The notes: generated from the letters alone by a model not told the origin. A stretch of 64,000 bases of DNA from Patescibacteria group bacterium (GCA_028716045.1 JAQUQO010000001.1:384942-448941), one strand, 5' to 3'. Counted from the stretch's first letter, positions 29,609 to 41,379 are shown. Program-made: numbers and translations.

Positions 29609-29775
29609 CTGTCTTTGCGAGGAGTCCCGCCGTGGCGGGACGACGCCTGCCTGCCGGCAGGCAGGAAGCAATCTCTAATACAGCGCCCTTGCCCAAAGCT
29701 ACGTATTAGAGATTGCTTCCCCCTCGACGACTCGACTGAGCTCGCCGAAGTCAAGCTCGGGGTCGCAATGACAGC
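29609..29775. repeat. Family-2 mosaic palindromic element filling the dnaK-dnaJ spacer
   Basis: Modules are tgtctttgcgagg, cgtcccgcc/ggcgggacg, gcctgcc/ggcaggc, gaagcaatctctaatac/gtattagagattgcttc and gggtcgcaatgacagc. Confidence 0.65.
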
Positions 29776-31668
<1,893 letters not shown>

Positions 31669-31750
31669 TTATTTCAATGTTATTTGTTAATTATTTCCAA
31701 ATTCCCGCCCCGCTGAAAATTTACCAACGGAGCGGTATATTTGCTAACAA

Positions 31751-32221
31751 TTATTTTTTCTTTTTGGCCACGGCTTTTTTAGCGGGAGCCGATTTTTTGG
31801 CAATTGTAATTTTTTTGACTTCTTTGGGCGCTCCAACCTTGGGAATGCTGATTTTTAAAAGCCCGTTCTCCGATACTGCCTTGGCTTTATCAGCATCAAC
31901 ATGGGCCGGCAGGGCCACGGTGCGGTAAAAATTTCCATAACGCACCTCTTTACGGTAAAAATTTTTCTCCTCTACCTCGGATTTGTGCTCGCTCTTCCCC
32001 TTAATCGTTAACACATCGTTTTCAATGGTAATTTCAACGTCTTTGGGGTCAACTCCCACCAACGGAGTTTCCACCATCAGATTTCCGTCTTTTTCATAAA
32101 CATCAATGGCCGGAATAAATCCTTTGACTTTAGCCGGGACCAAAGAAAAAGCATCATCTCCAAAAGCCCCTTCAAAATCCTCAAAGGGCTCAAAAAATGG
32201 TTTCCATGGAATGAGTGACAT
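31751..32221 (-). CDS. Hsp20/alpha-crystallin family small heat-shock protein
   Basis: ACD fold region ...PAIDVYEKDGNLMVETPLVGVDPKDVEITIENDVLTIKG. Confidence 0.85.
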   Translation of the reverse strand: MSLIPWKPFFEPFEDFEGAFGDDAFSLVPAKVKGFIPAIDVYEKDGNLMVETPLVGVDPKDVEITIENDVLTIKGKSEHKSEVEEKNFYRKEVRYGNFYRTVALPAHVDADKAKAVSENGLLKISIPKVGAPKEVKKITIAKKSAPAKKAVAKKKK

Positions 32222-32319
32222 ATAAAACTCCTCGATTCGACTGACATTTAATGTCTGGCCGAGATTATTTATAAAAAGATTACAACTAAGGGATTATCGA
32301 CTACCGTTTCTAAACAAAG

Positions 32320-32414
32320 CTGTCATTGCGATCCCGCCTTGGCGGGAGAAGCAATCTCTAATACGTTTAGATTGCTTCGTCGTCCCGAGCGTTCGGGACT
32401 CCTCGCAAAGACAG
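32320..32414. repeat. Family-2 mosaic palindromic element (inverted orientation) in the hsp20-grpE spacer
   Basis: gtcattgcgatccc, gccttggcggga, gaagcaatctctaatacgtttagattgcttc, gtcgtcccgagcgttcgggac and cctcgcaaagacag. Confidence 0.65.
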
Positions 32415-32446
32415 AAAAAAGTTATAAACTATAAGTTATAAAATCC

Positions 32447-32959
32447 CTACTCTGCCACGACCACTTTTGCCGGAATCAGCGCTTTATCGCCCATCTTATA
32501 TCCACTGCCTACTTCTTCCAAAATAATATCCGGCTCTTTTCCTTCTTCTTTACGCTTGCCAACGGCTTCGTGCCATTCGGGATTAAACTTTTCTCCAACT
32601 GTTTTTATCTCCTCCAACCCCAGCCCCTTCAAAAAATCATCAATCTGTTTTTTTGTCTGAAAAATTCCCGCCACCCAACCGACGTCTTTTTGCTCTTCGG
32701 GAATATGCGTTATGGCCTTTTTAAAACTGTCAATAATAGGCAAAAGCCCGAACAATATATTAGCTGTCACAAATTTAATGAGCTCTTTCTGTTTCTCCTC
32801 GGCTTCTCTTTTCAAATTTATATAATCGGCTTTGGCTCTTTTCCAACCGTCCAAATTTTCTTCCGCCCGTTTTTCCAATTTAACAACTTTCTCCCGCAAT
32901 TCATCAAGCTCGCTTTTGGCGTTATCCTGCTTGGCTCCTTTTTTATCTTCGTCGGCCAT
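32447..32959 (-). CDS. grpE: Nucleotide exchange factor GrpE
   Basis: Coiled-coil N-terminus plus the C-terminal beta-domain. It sits in the hrcA-grpE-dnaK order. Confidence 0.9.
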   Translation of the reverse strand: MADEDKKGAKQDNAKSELDELREKVVKLEKRAEENLDGWKRAKADYINLKREAEEKQKELIKFVTANILFGLLPIIDSFKKAITHIPEEQKDVGWVAGIFQTKKQIDDFLKGLGLEEIKTVGEKFNPEWHEAVGKRKEEGKEPDIILEEVGSGYKMGDKALIPAKVVVAE

Positions 32960-32968
32960 AATTAAAAT

Positions 32969-33667
32969 CTATTTATTATTGATGAGTTCTCGCGTGTATT
33001 TTAAAAGCGAATAATTGGCGCTGTAATTCATGCGCATCGGCCCCAAAATTCCGAGAACGCCCTCCGTGTCATCTAAATTATATTTAGCTAAAACGCTTCC
33101 GCAATTTTCGGCAAAAGGATTTTCTTTGCCGAGAAAAATATGGATATCGTCAATCTCTTTAAATATTTTATCAAAACCCTCGTCCAATTGGTCAATCACT
33201 AAAGATATATCACAAACCAAATTGTAATCGCGAAATTCCGGCTGGGAAAAAAGATTAGCGATGCCGGTGTAATAAAAATTGCGCGGCTCAAACCCGACGA
33301 TGACGGCCGTGCCGGAAAGTTCAGCCAAGGCCTTGGCCATGGCTTTGAGAAGTTCGGAGTGCGGGCGGCCGGTTTCATGAAGGATTTTTTCCACCGTCTT
33401 TTTTTCTTCTTTAGTTAAATCAATTTCCCGCAAAAAATTTTTGATATAAAAATTAAAACCTTTTTCCGTAGGCACGCGGCCGGCGGAAGTATGCGGTTGA
33501 TGGATATAGCCGTCTTTCTCCAGCCCGGCCATTTCATTGCGCAGGGTCGCGGGGCTGAAATTAAGCTTAGACCGTGAGGCCAAACTTTTAGACCCGACCG
33601 GCTCAGCCGTTCTGACATATTCGTCAATGATTAAATTGAGCAGAGTTTTTTGTCTGTTGGTAATCAT
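32969..33667 (-). CDS. hrcA: Heat-inducible transcription repressor HrcA (short form)
   Basis: N-terminal wHTH TLLNLIIDEYVRTAEPVGSKSLA. CIRCE lies directly upstream. Confidence 0.8.
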   Translation of the reverse strand: MITNRQKTLLNLIIDEYVRTAEPVGSKSLASRSKLNFSPATLRNEMAGLEKDGYIHQPHTSAGRVPTEKGFNFYIKNFLREIDLTKEEKKTVEKILHETGRPHSELLKAMAKALAELSGTAVIVGFEPRNFYYTGIANLFSQPEFRDYNLVCDISLVIDQLDEGFDKIFKEIDDIHIFLGKENPFAENCGSVLAKYNLDDTEGVLGILGPMRMNYSANYSLLKYTRELINNK

Positions 33668-33677
33668 AGATTTCTAT

Positions 33678-33704
33678 TTAGCACTCTCACTCTATGAGTG
33701 CTAA
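33678..33704. promoter_or_regulatory. CIRCE operator (TTAGCACTC-N9-GAGTGCTAA), HrcA binding site upstream of hrcA
   Basis: Exact match to the CIRCE consensus inverted repeat, 11 bp upstream of the hrcA start. Confidence 0.9.
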
Positions 33705-33853
33705 TTTCATTATACCCCCCGCCCAAAAGCTTGTCAAGAATCAGTTTTTCTCCCACCACCCCACCCCTCGACAAGCTCGGGGCGAAGTACCCCTCCTCTG
33801 GCAGTAGGGGAAATTTCTTGGTTATTAATGTTTAAAATTGGCTATTTCAGATA

Positions 33854-33919
33854 TTGTCTTTGCGAGTGAACTGCCAGCTAGCCCCATCAGCTGGCGGGGA
33901 GCGAAGCAATCTGAACCCC
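33854..33919. repeat. Family-2 mosaic element, partial copy
   Basis: ttgtctttgcgag...gcgaagcaatctgaacccc. Confidence 0.5.
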
Positions 33920-34027
33920 AATCCCCAGCAACTAACACCCATAAATTTAAATCCTCCCCTTACCCAAATAAAAAATCCCGCTCCGAAATTGTCCGGAAAC
34001 GGGATTTATCTTTTAGATTAGCGATGG

Positions 34028-34681
34028 CTATTTACAGCCATTTTCCTTAAGCTTTTTTTGAAGCGTAACTGCTTCGTTAAGGTAGCCAACGGCTTTGTCT
34101 GTTTGCCTGGGCGTCAGCAGGGCAGTTTCAAGATTGATTTCCGCTGCCTCCGCTGCTATTTTGTCCGCTTCGCAACTGGCAATCTTACCCTTCGTTTTTA
34201 TAGTGTCAAGGGCATAATACATGGAAAATGTAATTATAGCCAAGATAACAACTAGCGCTGTTTTTCTCTTCTCGCTTTTTCTTTCTTTTTCCGCCGCTTC
34301 GCTTGCTTTTTTGTATCCTTCTTCCCCCTCTTCTTCATTAAATATCGATGCCGGGGCGGAAGTACTTTCCACCAGAGGTTCTTTCCCTGGAAGCGGTGGC
34401 GGAGGATTTTGACTTACCAGCGGCGGGCGGTCGGGCTCGGTTTTTGGCGCCGTTGCCGCTTCACTGCTGTTACCATAAAGATTATTGACTTCTTCATCCG
34501 GAATATTGCTAAATGGGTTGCCCTCCCCCGGAGTTTTTGGCTTCAGGGCTGTATCAGGTGAAATTTCCTCCGCTGCTTTTTTTCGACAATTTTCGCAAGA
34601 ACCATCAGCTGATAGAGTGTTGTCACAAATAGAACATACCAAAATCTCCACGGGTTTTTTATCTTTATCTACATCTGCCAT
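34028..34681 (-). CDS. Zinc-ribbon membrane protein (N-terminal CxxC...CxxC, Pro-rich linker, single TM)
   Basis: CSICDNTLSADGSCENCRK, then a low-complexity linker, then a TM segment. Confidence 0.45.
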   Translation of the reverse strand: MADVDKDKKPVEILVCSICDNTLSADGSCENCRKKAAEEISPDTALKPKTPGEGNPFSNIPDEEVNNLYGNSSEAATAPKTEPDRPPLVSQNPPPPLPGKEPLVESTSAPASIFNEEEGEEGYKKASEAAEKERKSEKRKTALVVILAIITFSMYYALDTIKTKGKIASCEADKIAAEAAEINLETALLTPRQTDKAVGYLNEAVTLQKKLKENGCK

Positions 34682-34772
34682 TTTTTCTCCCTTTCTCTAT
34701 TGTAAATAATGTTAATTTTAAAACAACAAGTTTTCGCCGTATTTTAGCATAGCGGCTAAAAAATGTCAAGCG

Positions 34773-36026
34773 CTACTCATGTCTCAAGGCCTCAATGGAA
34801 TTTAAATTCGCCGCGCGGCGGGCGGGATATAAACCAAAAATCAACCCGACGGCGACGGAAAAACTAACTGACAAAAATATGGAAAACCAGGAAACATTAA
34901 ACCCCCAGTCAAAACCGCTAAACGCCGCCGCGTAGGAAATGAGTAGAGCGACAACGGTCCCGAAAATAATGCCAAAAATCCCGCCAAAAAACGTAACGAC
35001 GATTGCTTCCAATAAAAACTGATACAAAACATCCTGCCGCGTCGCCCCCAGGGCTTTGCGCAAACCAATCTCATAAGTGCGCTCGGCCACGTTCACATAC
35101 ATAATATTCATAATGCCGACACCGCCCACGATAAGCGAAATGGAAGCGAGCACCACCAGCAAAATCGTGATGCCGCCGAGAATCGTATCCATCATCTCTT
35201 TTGCCTCCTCCATAGTCATCACCGCAAAGTCGTCTTTATCGGGGTCGGTAATTCCATGTTGTTCGCGCATAATGGCAGTAAGCTCCTCAGCGGTGACATC
35301 TCCTGCCGCCGGGTCTTTCATTTTTGCCATAATAAAACTGACATAATCTATGCCGGAAATTTTTTTCTGCAAAGTGCGCACGGGAACAAAAATCAAATTA
35401 TCAAAATCGAAAAAAGCAACCACTCCCCTTTCCTCCATCACCCCGACAACTTTGTAATTTTTCCCGCCGATTTTAACATTCGCGCCCAAAGCTTCGGAGT
35501 CTCCAAAAAGTTTTTCTTTTACCTTGTGCCCAAGCACAACGACTTGAGATAAACTTTTATCTTCTTCCCCGGTAAAAAATCTGCCGAACTCAACTTCCCC
35601 GGTATCTATTTCTGTAAAATCCGCCGACACTCCAAAAATCATAGTTTTCTTAATTTCCCCCCCGACTGAAACCAAATCCTGCGACAAAACTCCGGCATAC
35701 CAATAGCTGATATTCGGATGTTTGGCTATGGCCTCGGCATCTTCTATTTTTAAAGTGGTAATAACCGCTCCCATAGCCATACTCGTCGCGTTTTCCGTAG
35801 AAGTATGCGCGGTGTTAGGCGTCTTCACCTCTATTTCTATGGCATCGGAGCCGAAGGCCTCCACCTGCCCGACAATATATCTTTCTATGCCCTGGCCGGC
35901 GGACATCACGATAATCACCGCCGCGATACCAATGACAATTCCTAAAATAGTCAAAATCGCCCGTCCCTTATTGATACGGAGAGAATTTATCGCCAACTTT
36001 AAATTATTGGAAATTATATTCAGCAT
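34773..36026 (-). CDS. ABC transporter permease, FtsX/MacB family
   Basis: N-terminal TM, large periplasmic domain and a C-terminal 3-TM FtsX domain. Start trimmed to an internal Met to remove the overlap with the upstream gene. Confidence 0.8.
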   Translation of the reverse strand: MLNIISNNLKLAINSLRINKGRAILTILGIVIGIAAVIIVMSAGQGIERYIVGQVEAFGSDAIEIEVKTPNTAHTSTENATSMAMGAVITTLKIEDAEAIAKHPNISYWYAGVLSQDLVSVGGEIKKTMIFGVSADFTEIDTGEVEFGRFFTGEEDKSLSQVVVLGHKVKEKLFGDSEALGANVKIGGKNYKVVGVMEERGVVAFFDFDNLIFVPVRTLQKKISGIDYVSFIMAKMKDPAAGDVTAEELTAIMREQHGITDPDKDDFAVMTMEEAKEMMDTILGGITILLVVLASISLIVGGVGIMNIMYVNVAERTYEIGLRKALGATRQDVLYQFLLEAIVVTFFGGIFGIIFGTVVALLISYAAAFSGFDWGFNVSWFSIFLSVSFSVAVGLIFGLYPARRAANLNSIEALRHE

Positions 36027-36033
36027 ATAAAAA

Positions 36034-37272
36034 TTATTCGTGGCGCAGGGCCTCAATCGGATGTAAATCAGCCGCTCTTTTTGCCGGAGCAAGTCCAAAC
36101 ACAAGACCAACCGCTAAAGATACTCCGATACCCAAAACAATAGACAACAGAGAAATAACAAAATCCCATTCGTAGGCGAGATAGCGCATTACCGCCGCCA
36201 CTAAAGCGGAAAATAAAGTCCCGATAATAAAACCGATTATCCCGCCGGCCAAAGTTATGGCAATTGTTTCTAGAAGAATCTGGGATAAAATATCGGTTTT
36301 AGTGGCGCCGACCGCTTTGCGCAGACCGATTTCGCGCGTGCGTTCGGTCACCGAAGCGAGCATGATATTCATCACGCCCACGCCTCCGACAATCAGAGAA
36401 ATTGCGGCAATAGCCGCTAGGAAAAATTTTAAAGCATTGGTGACGTTATTTAGAGCATCCATGGCTTGAAGCTGGGAACGGACGGTAAAATCGTCCTGCG
36501 ACGGGTCAGGGATATCATGTTCCTCTCTTAAAACTATTTTAATATCCTCCATGCTTTGGTCTATGTTTTCAGCGCTGTCAACTCTGAACCGAGCCAAAGT
36601 TATGTGATTAATGCCTAAAAGTAACTTTTGAGCGGTATAGAGAGGAAGATAAATCTGATTGTCAAGATTTTGAAACCCCGACGTGCCCCTTGACTCCATT
36701 AATCCAATGACCCGAAAACTTTCTTTTTTAATTCTAATTGTCTGACCAATCGGGTCAGCGCCGGAAAAAAGATTATCAACAACTTCCGAACCAAGAACTG
36801 CCACCCGCGCCATATTCTTTTCTTCTTCTTGGGTAAAAAATCTACCCCTGACCACGTCGGTTTCCTCAACTGACAAATAACTGGCGGTAGTACCAGTAAA
36901 ATTTGTATCTATACTGCGATTATACCAGGAAGTAGTGGCAGTCCCCTGCACATAGGAAGCCCCGGCTACAATATGTAAAGCCCGTCCCGGTTTTAAAACC
37001 GCCTCAATATTATCGTAAGTCAGAGTTGTTATGCTAATACCCATTACCGACGCCGGCGGGCCTTCCTCTTCCGAAGCTCCGGGCAAAACGCCGATAAGAT
37101 TGACACCGGCGCTTTTAATCTGGTTTAAAATTAAACTTTGCGCTCCCGCCCCCACCGACATAACAATAACCACCGCCGCGATGCCGATAATCACTCCGAG
37201 CATAGTCAAAAAAGACCGGGACTTTTTTGACCTTAATGACCGCAAGGAAATTTTTAGGTAAGCTGAGAGCAT
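36034..37272 (-). CDS. ABC transporter permease, FtsX/MacB family (paralog)
   Basis: Same architecture as 34773-36026. Confidence 0.8.
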   Translation of the reverse strand: MLSAYLKISLRSLRSKKSRSFLTMLGVIIGIAAVVIVMSVGAGAQSLILNQIKSAGVNLIGVLPGASEEEGPPASVMGISITTLTYDNIEAVLKPGRALHIVAGASYVQGTATTSWYNRSIDTNFTGTTASYLSVEETDVVRGRFFTQEEEKNMARVAVLGSEVVDNLFSGADPIGQTIRIKKESFRVIGLMESRGTSGFQNLDNQIYLPLYTAQKLLLGINHITLARFRVDSAENIDQSMEDIKIVLREEHDIPDPSQDDFTVRSQLQAMDALNNVTNALKFFLAAIAAISLIVGGVGVMNIMLASVTERTREIGLRKAVGATKTDILSQILLETIAITLAGGIIGFIIGTLFSALVAAVMRYLAYEWDFVISLLSIVLGIGVSLAVGLVFGLAPAKRAADLHPIEALRHE

Positions 37273-37334
37273 ATTTTAACTATAAACCCAGCCTCATTTA
37301 AGAATGGATTGCTGGGTCTTTTTCAAGCATATTT

Positions 37335-38057
37335 TTATTTTATAAATCCGCCATTCTTGGCGCTGCGCCTTTCCACCACTTTGTAATCGCCGACTATTTC
37401 TCCATCTTTGATTTTAATGATACGGTCAGCGTGCTCGGCAGTGTAAGATTCATGAGTAACCAAAATTATAGTATGCCCCTCGGCATTTAAATCCTCAAGG
37501 ATTTCCATAATTTGCTGGCCGGATTTGCTGTCCAAATTACCCGTTGGCTCGTCCGCCAAAATCAGCGCCGGATTGTTGACCAGCGCCCGCGCAATCGCCA
37601 CTCTTTGCTTTTCTCCGCCCGAAAGCTGGTTGGACAAATAATCTGTGCGGTGTGTCAAACCAACGGCCTCTAACGCTTCACGGGCGATGGGTTCCGGATT
37701 TTTAACGCCCTTGGCGTAAACGAGCGGCAGCATAACATTTTCCAAAACGGTGGTGCGGGGTAGAAGATTAAATGATTGAAAAACAAAACCGATGTCAAAA
37801 TTTCTGATACCCGCCATTTCCTTATCCGAAAGCTGACTCACATCCTGACCCTTAAAATAAAATTTTCCGCCGGTAGGCGTATCCAAAAATCCGAGAATAT
37901 ACATCAAGGTAGATTTGCCGGAACCCGACGGCCCCATGATGGCCACAAACTCGCCCTGATTAATAGTAAAATTAAGGCCGTGCAACACTTCAGTTACCAG
38001 GCCATCGTTATAATAATTCTTTATTAAATTTTCCGCCCTGATTAACGTCTCGGCCAT
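37335..38057 (-). CDS. ABC transporter ATP-binding protein (MacB/LolD type)
   Basis: Walker [10 protein letters not shown], signature [15 protein letters not shown], Walker [12 protein letters not shown]. Confidence 0.95.
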   Translation of the reverse strand: MAETLIRAENLIKNYYNDGLVTEVLHGLNFTINQGEFVAIMGPSGSGKSTLMYILGFLDTPTGGKFYFKGQDVSQLSDKEMAGIRNFDIGFVFQSFNLLPRTTVLENVMLPLVYAKGVKNPEPIAREALEAVGLTHRTDYLSNQLSGGEKQRVAIARALVNNPALILADEPTGNLDSKSGQQIMEILEDLNAEGHTIILVTHESYTAEHADRIIKIKDGEIVGDYKVVERRSAKNGGFIK

Positions 38058-39967
38058 TATTTTTTCTCTTTTATATAAGCTACAACTTCTTCGCCCTCTT
38101 TCAACCCGGACAAAACTTCTACTAAGCCCTCATCGGCGCGCAAACCAATTTGCACCGGAATCTCTCTGACTTCTTTCTTCTCAAGTATTCGCACCATCTG
38201 CTCATTATTCTGGCGGATAATGGCGCGCCCGGGAATACATAAAACATTATCCCGACGAGCGGTTAAAATATCCGTATTGGCAGTCATGCCCGGTTTTATT
38301 TCTTCTTTCCCGCCATCAATACTGACATTCACTCTGTAATAAACCACGTCGTCAATAATTGTTTCCGCCGGTTCAACCGAGGTAACCTTGCCGGAATAAA
38401 CCCGGTCTTCGCCAAAAGCGTCAAAAGTAATTTTCACTTCATTGCCGGATTTGACTTTTGATATGTCCGACTCGGAAATATCAACCTCTACTTTTAATTC
38501 TCCTTCGTTGCCAACCATGGAAATAGCCGGTTTAGTTAAGCTGATTTGTTCTCCAACCTCATATTCCACGGAAGTAATTACCCCCGCTGCCGGAGCTTTT
38601 ATTTTAGTATTTTCTAAATTTTGTTCCGCCAGATTAAGAGCGGCGCGGGCTTCGCTCACCTGCGCTTCAAGAGAAGCCAAGTCTGCTTGCCGTGGCGGAG
38701 CTTTTTTATAAGCCAAAGACGCTTCCGCCGCCGCTAAAGCGGAACGCATTATCTCCACCTGATTAACGGCCGCTTTGTAAGCATTATCGGCATCAACTTT
38801 AGCCGTGGTCAAACTCTGCTCCGCGGAAGCTAAATTGTCTTCAGCCGTTTCCACCGCCGAAGTATAAGTGTCCACGTGCTTATTATAATTAAGCTCGGCC
38901 GTCAGAATCGCCTGCTCTTTGGTTTGCAATGAAGTCGATTCCGTGTTGATAGACGACCGGTCGGTATTAATTGTCGTCTTAAGCGTATTTAGAGAAGAAA
39001 GTGTTAAACCGGTGCCGGTGATAGTGCTGTCAAGCATTGTTCTCGTTTTACTCAAAGCGTCGCTCGCCAAAGAAAGCAAATCTTTCATATTACTGACTAC
39101 GATTTTTATTTCATCGTAAGAACTGTCTGCGTCCAAAACTCCTACCCACGGCTCCACGGTTTCCTTTTTGGTGGCAGTTAACTTATAAGCGTCCTCGGCG
39201 TTAATCTTTGTTTGTAATCTTAAGATACCCAACAAACTTTCAAAATCGTCGTTAATCCCCCGATTATCGATGCCCAAAATATTATCCATGTCATTCATGG
39301 CCGTGCTTAGGGCGACTAAATTTCCCAATAAGGTTGTGCGGGCGTCTTCGTAAGCGTTTCCTATTTCTTGAGTGTCTGTCTTTTTAGAATTTTCCAAATC
39401 CGCTTTGGCGGAAGCTAAAGCCGTCTCGTATTTGGCAACATTCAACTCCGCCTCCCTGACGCTTTCCTCATTGGACTTTTTAGTATTGTCCAAATCCGTC
39501 TGTACTTTTTTTAGATTGCTTTTGGCTTTAGCCACGTCTTCTTCGTAAACTTTAATTGACTCGCGGCTTTCTCCAATAATTTTAAGATTCAGATTGGCAT
39601 TGGCCGAAGCCAAAGAAGAACGCGCTTTTTCCACTTCCAACAGAGCGTCGGTGGCGTCCAATTCGGACAAAATTTGGCCCGCTTCAACCTTATCACCAAC
39701 CTTGACGTGATTTTTAAATAACTTGCCGGTGACTTTGAAACTCAAATCCATATCTGTTTCCGGCTTCACCGACCCCGTGGCTTCCACGGTCTGGGTCAGA
39801 TTACCCCGCTTTACTTTCTCGGTAGTATATTCAAAATCCGGTCCGCGGGTTTTCGTAAAAGCAAAAACCGAAACCGCCGTAACTAAAAATCCGGCAATGG
39901 CCACGATGATAATTTTCTTTGCCCCGATTTTTTTCTTTCCCGGGGTTCCCGCAATTATATTATCCAT
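38057..39967 (-). CDS. HlyD/MacA-family periplasmic adaptor with very long coiled coil
   Basis: N-terminal TM, roughly 350 aa of coiled coil, and C-terminal beta-barrel/lipoyl domains (ITFDAFGEDRVYSGKVTSVEP). Confidence 0.8.
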   Translation of the reverse strand: MDNIIAGTPGKKKIGAKKIIIVAIAGFLVTAVSVFAFTKTRGPDFEYTTEKVKRGNLTQTVEATGSVKPETDMDLSFKVTGKLFKNHVKVGDKVEAGQILSELDATDALLEVEKARSSLASANANLNLKIIGESRESIKVYEEDVAKAKSNLKKVQTDLDNTKKSNEESVREAELNVAKYETALASAKADLENSKKTDTQEIGNAYEDARTTLLGNLVALSTAMNDMDNILGIDNRGINDDFESLLGILRLQTKINAEDAYKLTATKKETVEPWVGVLDADSSYDEIKIVVSNMKDLLSLASDALSKTRTMLDSTITGTGLTLSSLNTLKTTINTDRSSINTESTSLQTKEQAILTAELNYNKHVDTYTSAVETAEDNLASAEQSLTTAKVDADNAYKAAVNQVEIMRSALAAAEASLAYKKAPPRQADLASLEAQVSEARAALNLAEQNLENTKIKAPAAGVITSVEYEVGEQISLTKPAISMVGNEGELKVEVDISESDISKVKSGNEVKITFDAFGEDRVYSGKVTSVEPAETIIDDVVYYRVNVSIDGGKEEIKPGMTANTDILTARRDNVLCIPGRAIIRQNNEQMVRILEKKEVREIPVQIGLRADEGLVEVLSGLKEGEEVVAYIKEKK

Positions 39968-39971
39968 ATTA

Positions 39972-40601
39972 TTAATTTTGCTCCTTCCTGCCGCTGTCCC
40001 ATAATAAGACACGATTATAAATAGCTAAAAGCAAGAAGGACCCGCTAAGCGTGATAATGGAAGTTAAATAAAAAATAAAATTAAATCCGAGACGCTCGGC
40101 TAAAAGTCCGCCGATGGCGGCGCAGATACCGGCGGTAATGCCGGTAGCCGTGTCATAAACCGCCCATTCATAGGCCTCGTGAAATTTATCAATATGCCTC
40201 GTGAAAAGCGCGAACCAAGTGGTGAAAGACATCGCCGCGCCAATTCCATAAACCACTTGCAATAAATAAATATGCCAAGGAAAAGTGCTGAAAGAATAAA
40301 GGATGGGGACAATGGCTATAAGAAGCGACCCCACCACCAAAAACCAAAAATCGTTTTTGTCCTTTCTGTCTTTGTCCACATATCGGCCGATGGGAATCTG
40401 CAACGAGGCCTTGACCAAAAGATAAATTGCCGCAGCAATACCGGCTACCTCCAAACTTCCTCCGATAATATTATCATTGATAAAAATGGCAAAAATGGGG
40501 TTGAGAAATCCAAAAGAGCCAAGTATTAAAACATCGGAAAAAATCAAAATTTTGATAATTTTATTAATTTTGGGAAGGGCGGGAGACTCGGGATTAGCCA
40601 T
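39972..40601 (-). CDS. 6-TM membrane protein (MFS half-like)
   Basis: IGRYVDKDRK resembles an MFS loop motif. Six hydrophobic segments. Confidence 0.45.
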   Translation of the reverse strand: MANPESPALPKINKIIKILIFSDVLILGSFGFLNPIFAIFINDNIIGGSLEVAGIAAAIYLLVKASLQIPIGRYVDKDRKDKNDFWFLVVGSLLIAIVPILYSFSTFPWHIYLLQVVYGIGAAMSFTTWFALFTRHIDKFHEAYEWAVYDTATGITAGICAAIGGLLAERLGFNFIFYLTSIITLSGSFLLLAIYNRVLLWDSGRKEQN

Positions 40602-40725
40602 AATATCTAAGATAATTTATTATATTTCACCTTTCTTCTATTATATCCTTTTGATATGGAGAAATCAATAAGTCCCGTTATCGGCGATTAAAAAAGCCCT
40701 GTCTTTAATACGACAGGGCTTTAAT

Positions 40726-41100
40726 TCATAGGTTTTCTAAAAATTCTTCAAATTTGTCAAAAAATGTCGATTTAACTATCGCATGGCTACAGCCAGCCGA
40801 CAGAAGAAGGTTATTATAACTATCCTGGTCGGAAATGGCTACCATCGGTCCGCTGAAATCCCGCCGAAATAACTTCACGAGTTCTATGGTGTCCGGCTCG
40901 GTTCCTCCGGAAGTCAGACGACCGTCCACAAGCATAAGGTCAACATCAGGATTATCTTTGAACAACCTCTTGGCTGCGCTTTCTGAAGCGGCTTCAAGAA
41001 CTTCAACTTCAGCGCCGGCGAAAATCTTTATCACGCTCACAATACCCCTACGCGATAAAGCATTATCCTCAACCAAAAGAACCTTTTTAATCTCTTTCAT
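40726..41100 (-). CDS. Stand-alone response-regulator receiver domain (CheY-like)
   Basis: VLLVEDNALSRR...DLMLVDGRL...VAISDQ receiver motifs with phospho-accepting Asp. No output domain. Confidence 0.7.
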   Translation of the reverse strand: MKEIKKVLLVEDNALSRRGIVSVIKIFAGAEVEVLEAASESAAKRLFKDNPDVDLMLVDGRLTSGGTEPDTIELVKLFRRDFSGPMVAISDQDSYNNLLLSAGCSHAIVKSTFFDKFEEFLENL

Positions 41101-41338
41101 TTTCAATCCTCCTCTTAATTTTACAAACCTCATCCTTAGATGTTATCACATCTCCACGGATTTGTCAAGACAAGTTCAAGCGGCTGTTGCTCAGCATCAT
41201 TTTTACGACCTAAGTATATAAGTAACCAAAACGTAATTTTATCTTGCCATTCCCCCTTGACAACTTAGCTAACTTATGATAAATTACTTTATTCTGGATT
41301 GTTCTAGAATTACGCACTATTTACAATTTATTTGTTAC

Positions 41339-41365
41339 TTCCGCGGCAAAAATTTTGCCGCGGAA
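41339..41365. promoter_or_regulatory. 27-bp near-perfect palindrome (TTCCGCGGCAAAA-A-TTTTGCCGCGGAA) between a TTGACA promoter and the RBS of the 41380 gene
   Basis: 13-bp arms in the position of an operator or 5'-UTR hairpin. Confidence 0.45.
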
Positions 41366-41379
41366 AGAAGAGGTAAAAG

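Noticed and set aside
36027-36110. Long N-terminal extension of the FtsX permease ORF (start at 36110)
   Set aside because: It overlaps the upstream permease by 77 bp. An internal Met at 36026 gives a normal TM start directly after the upstream stop, so I trimmed to that.
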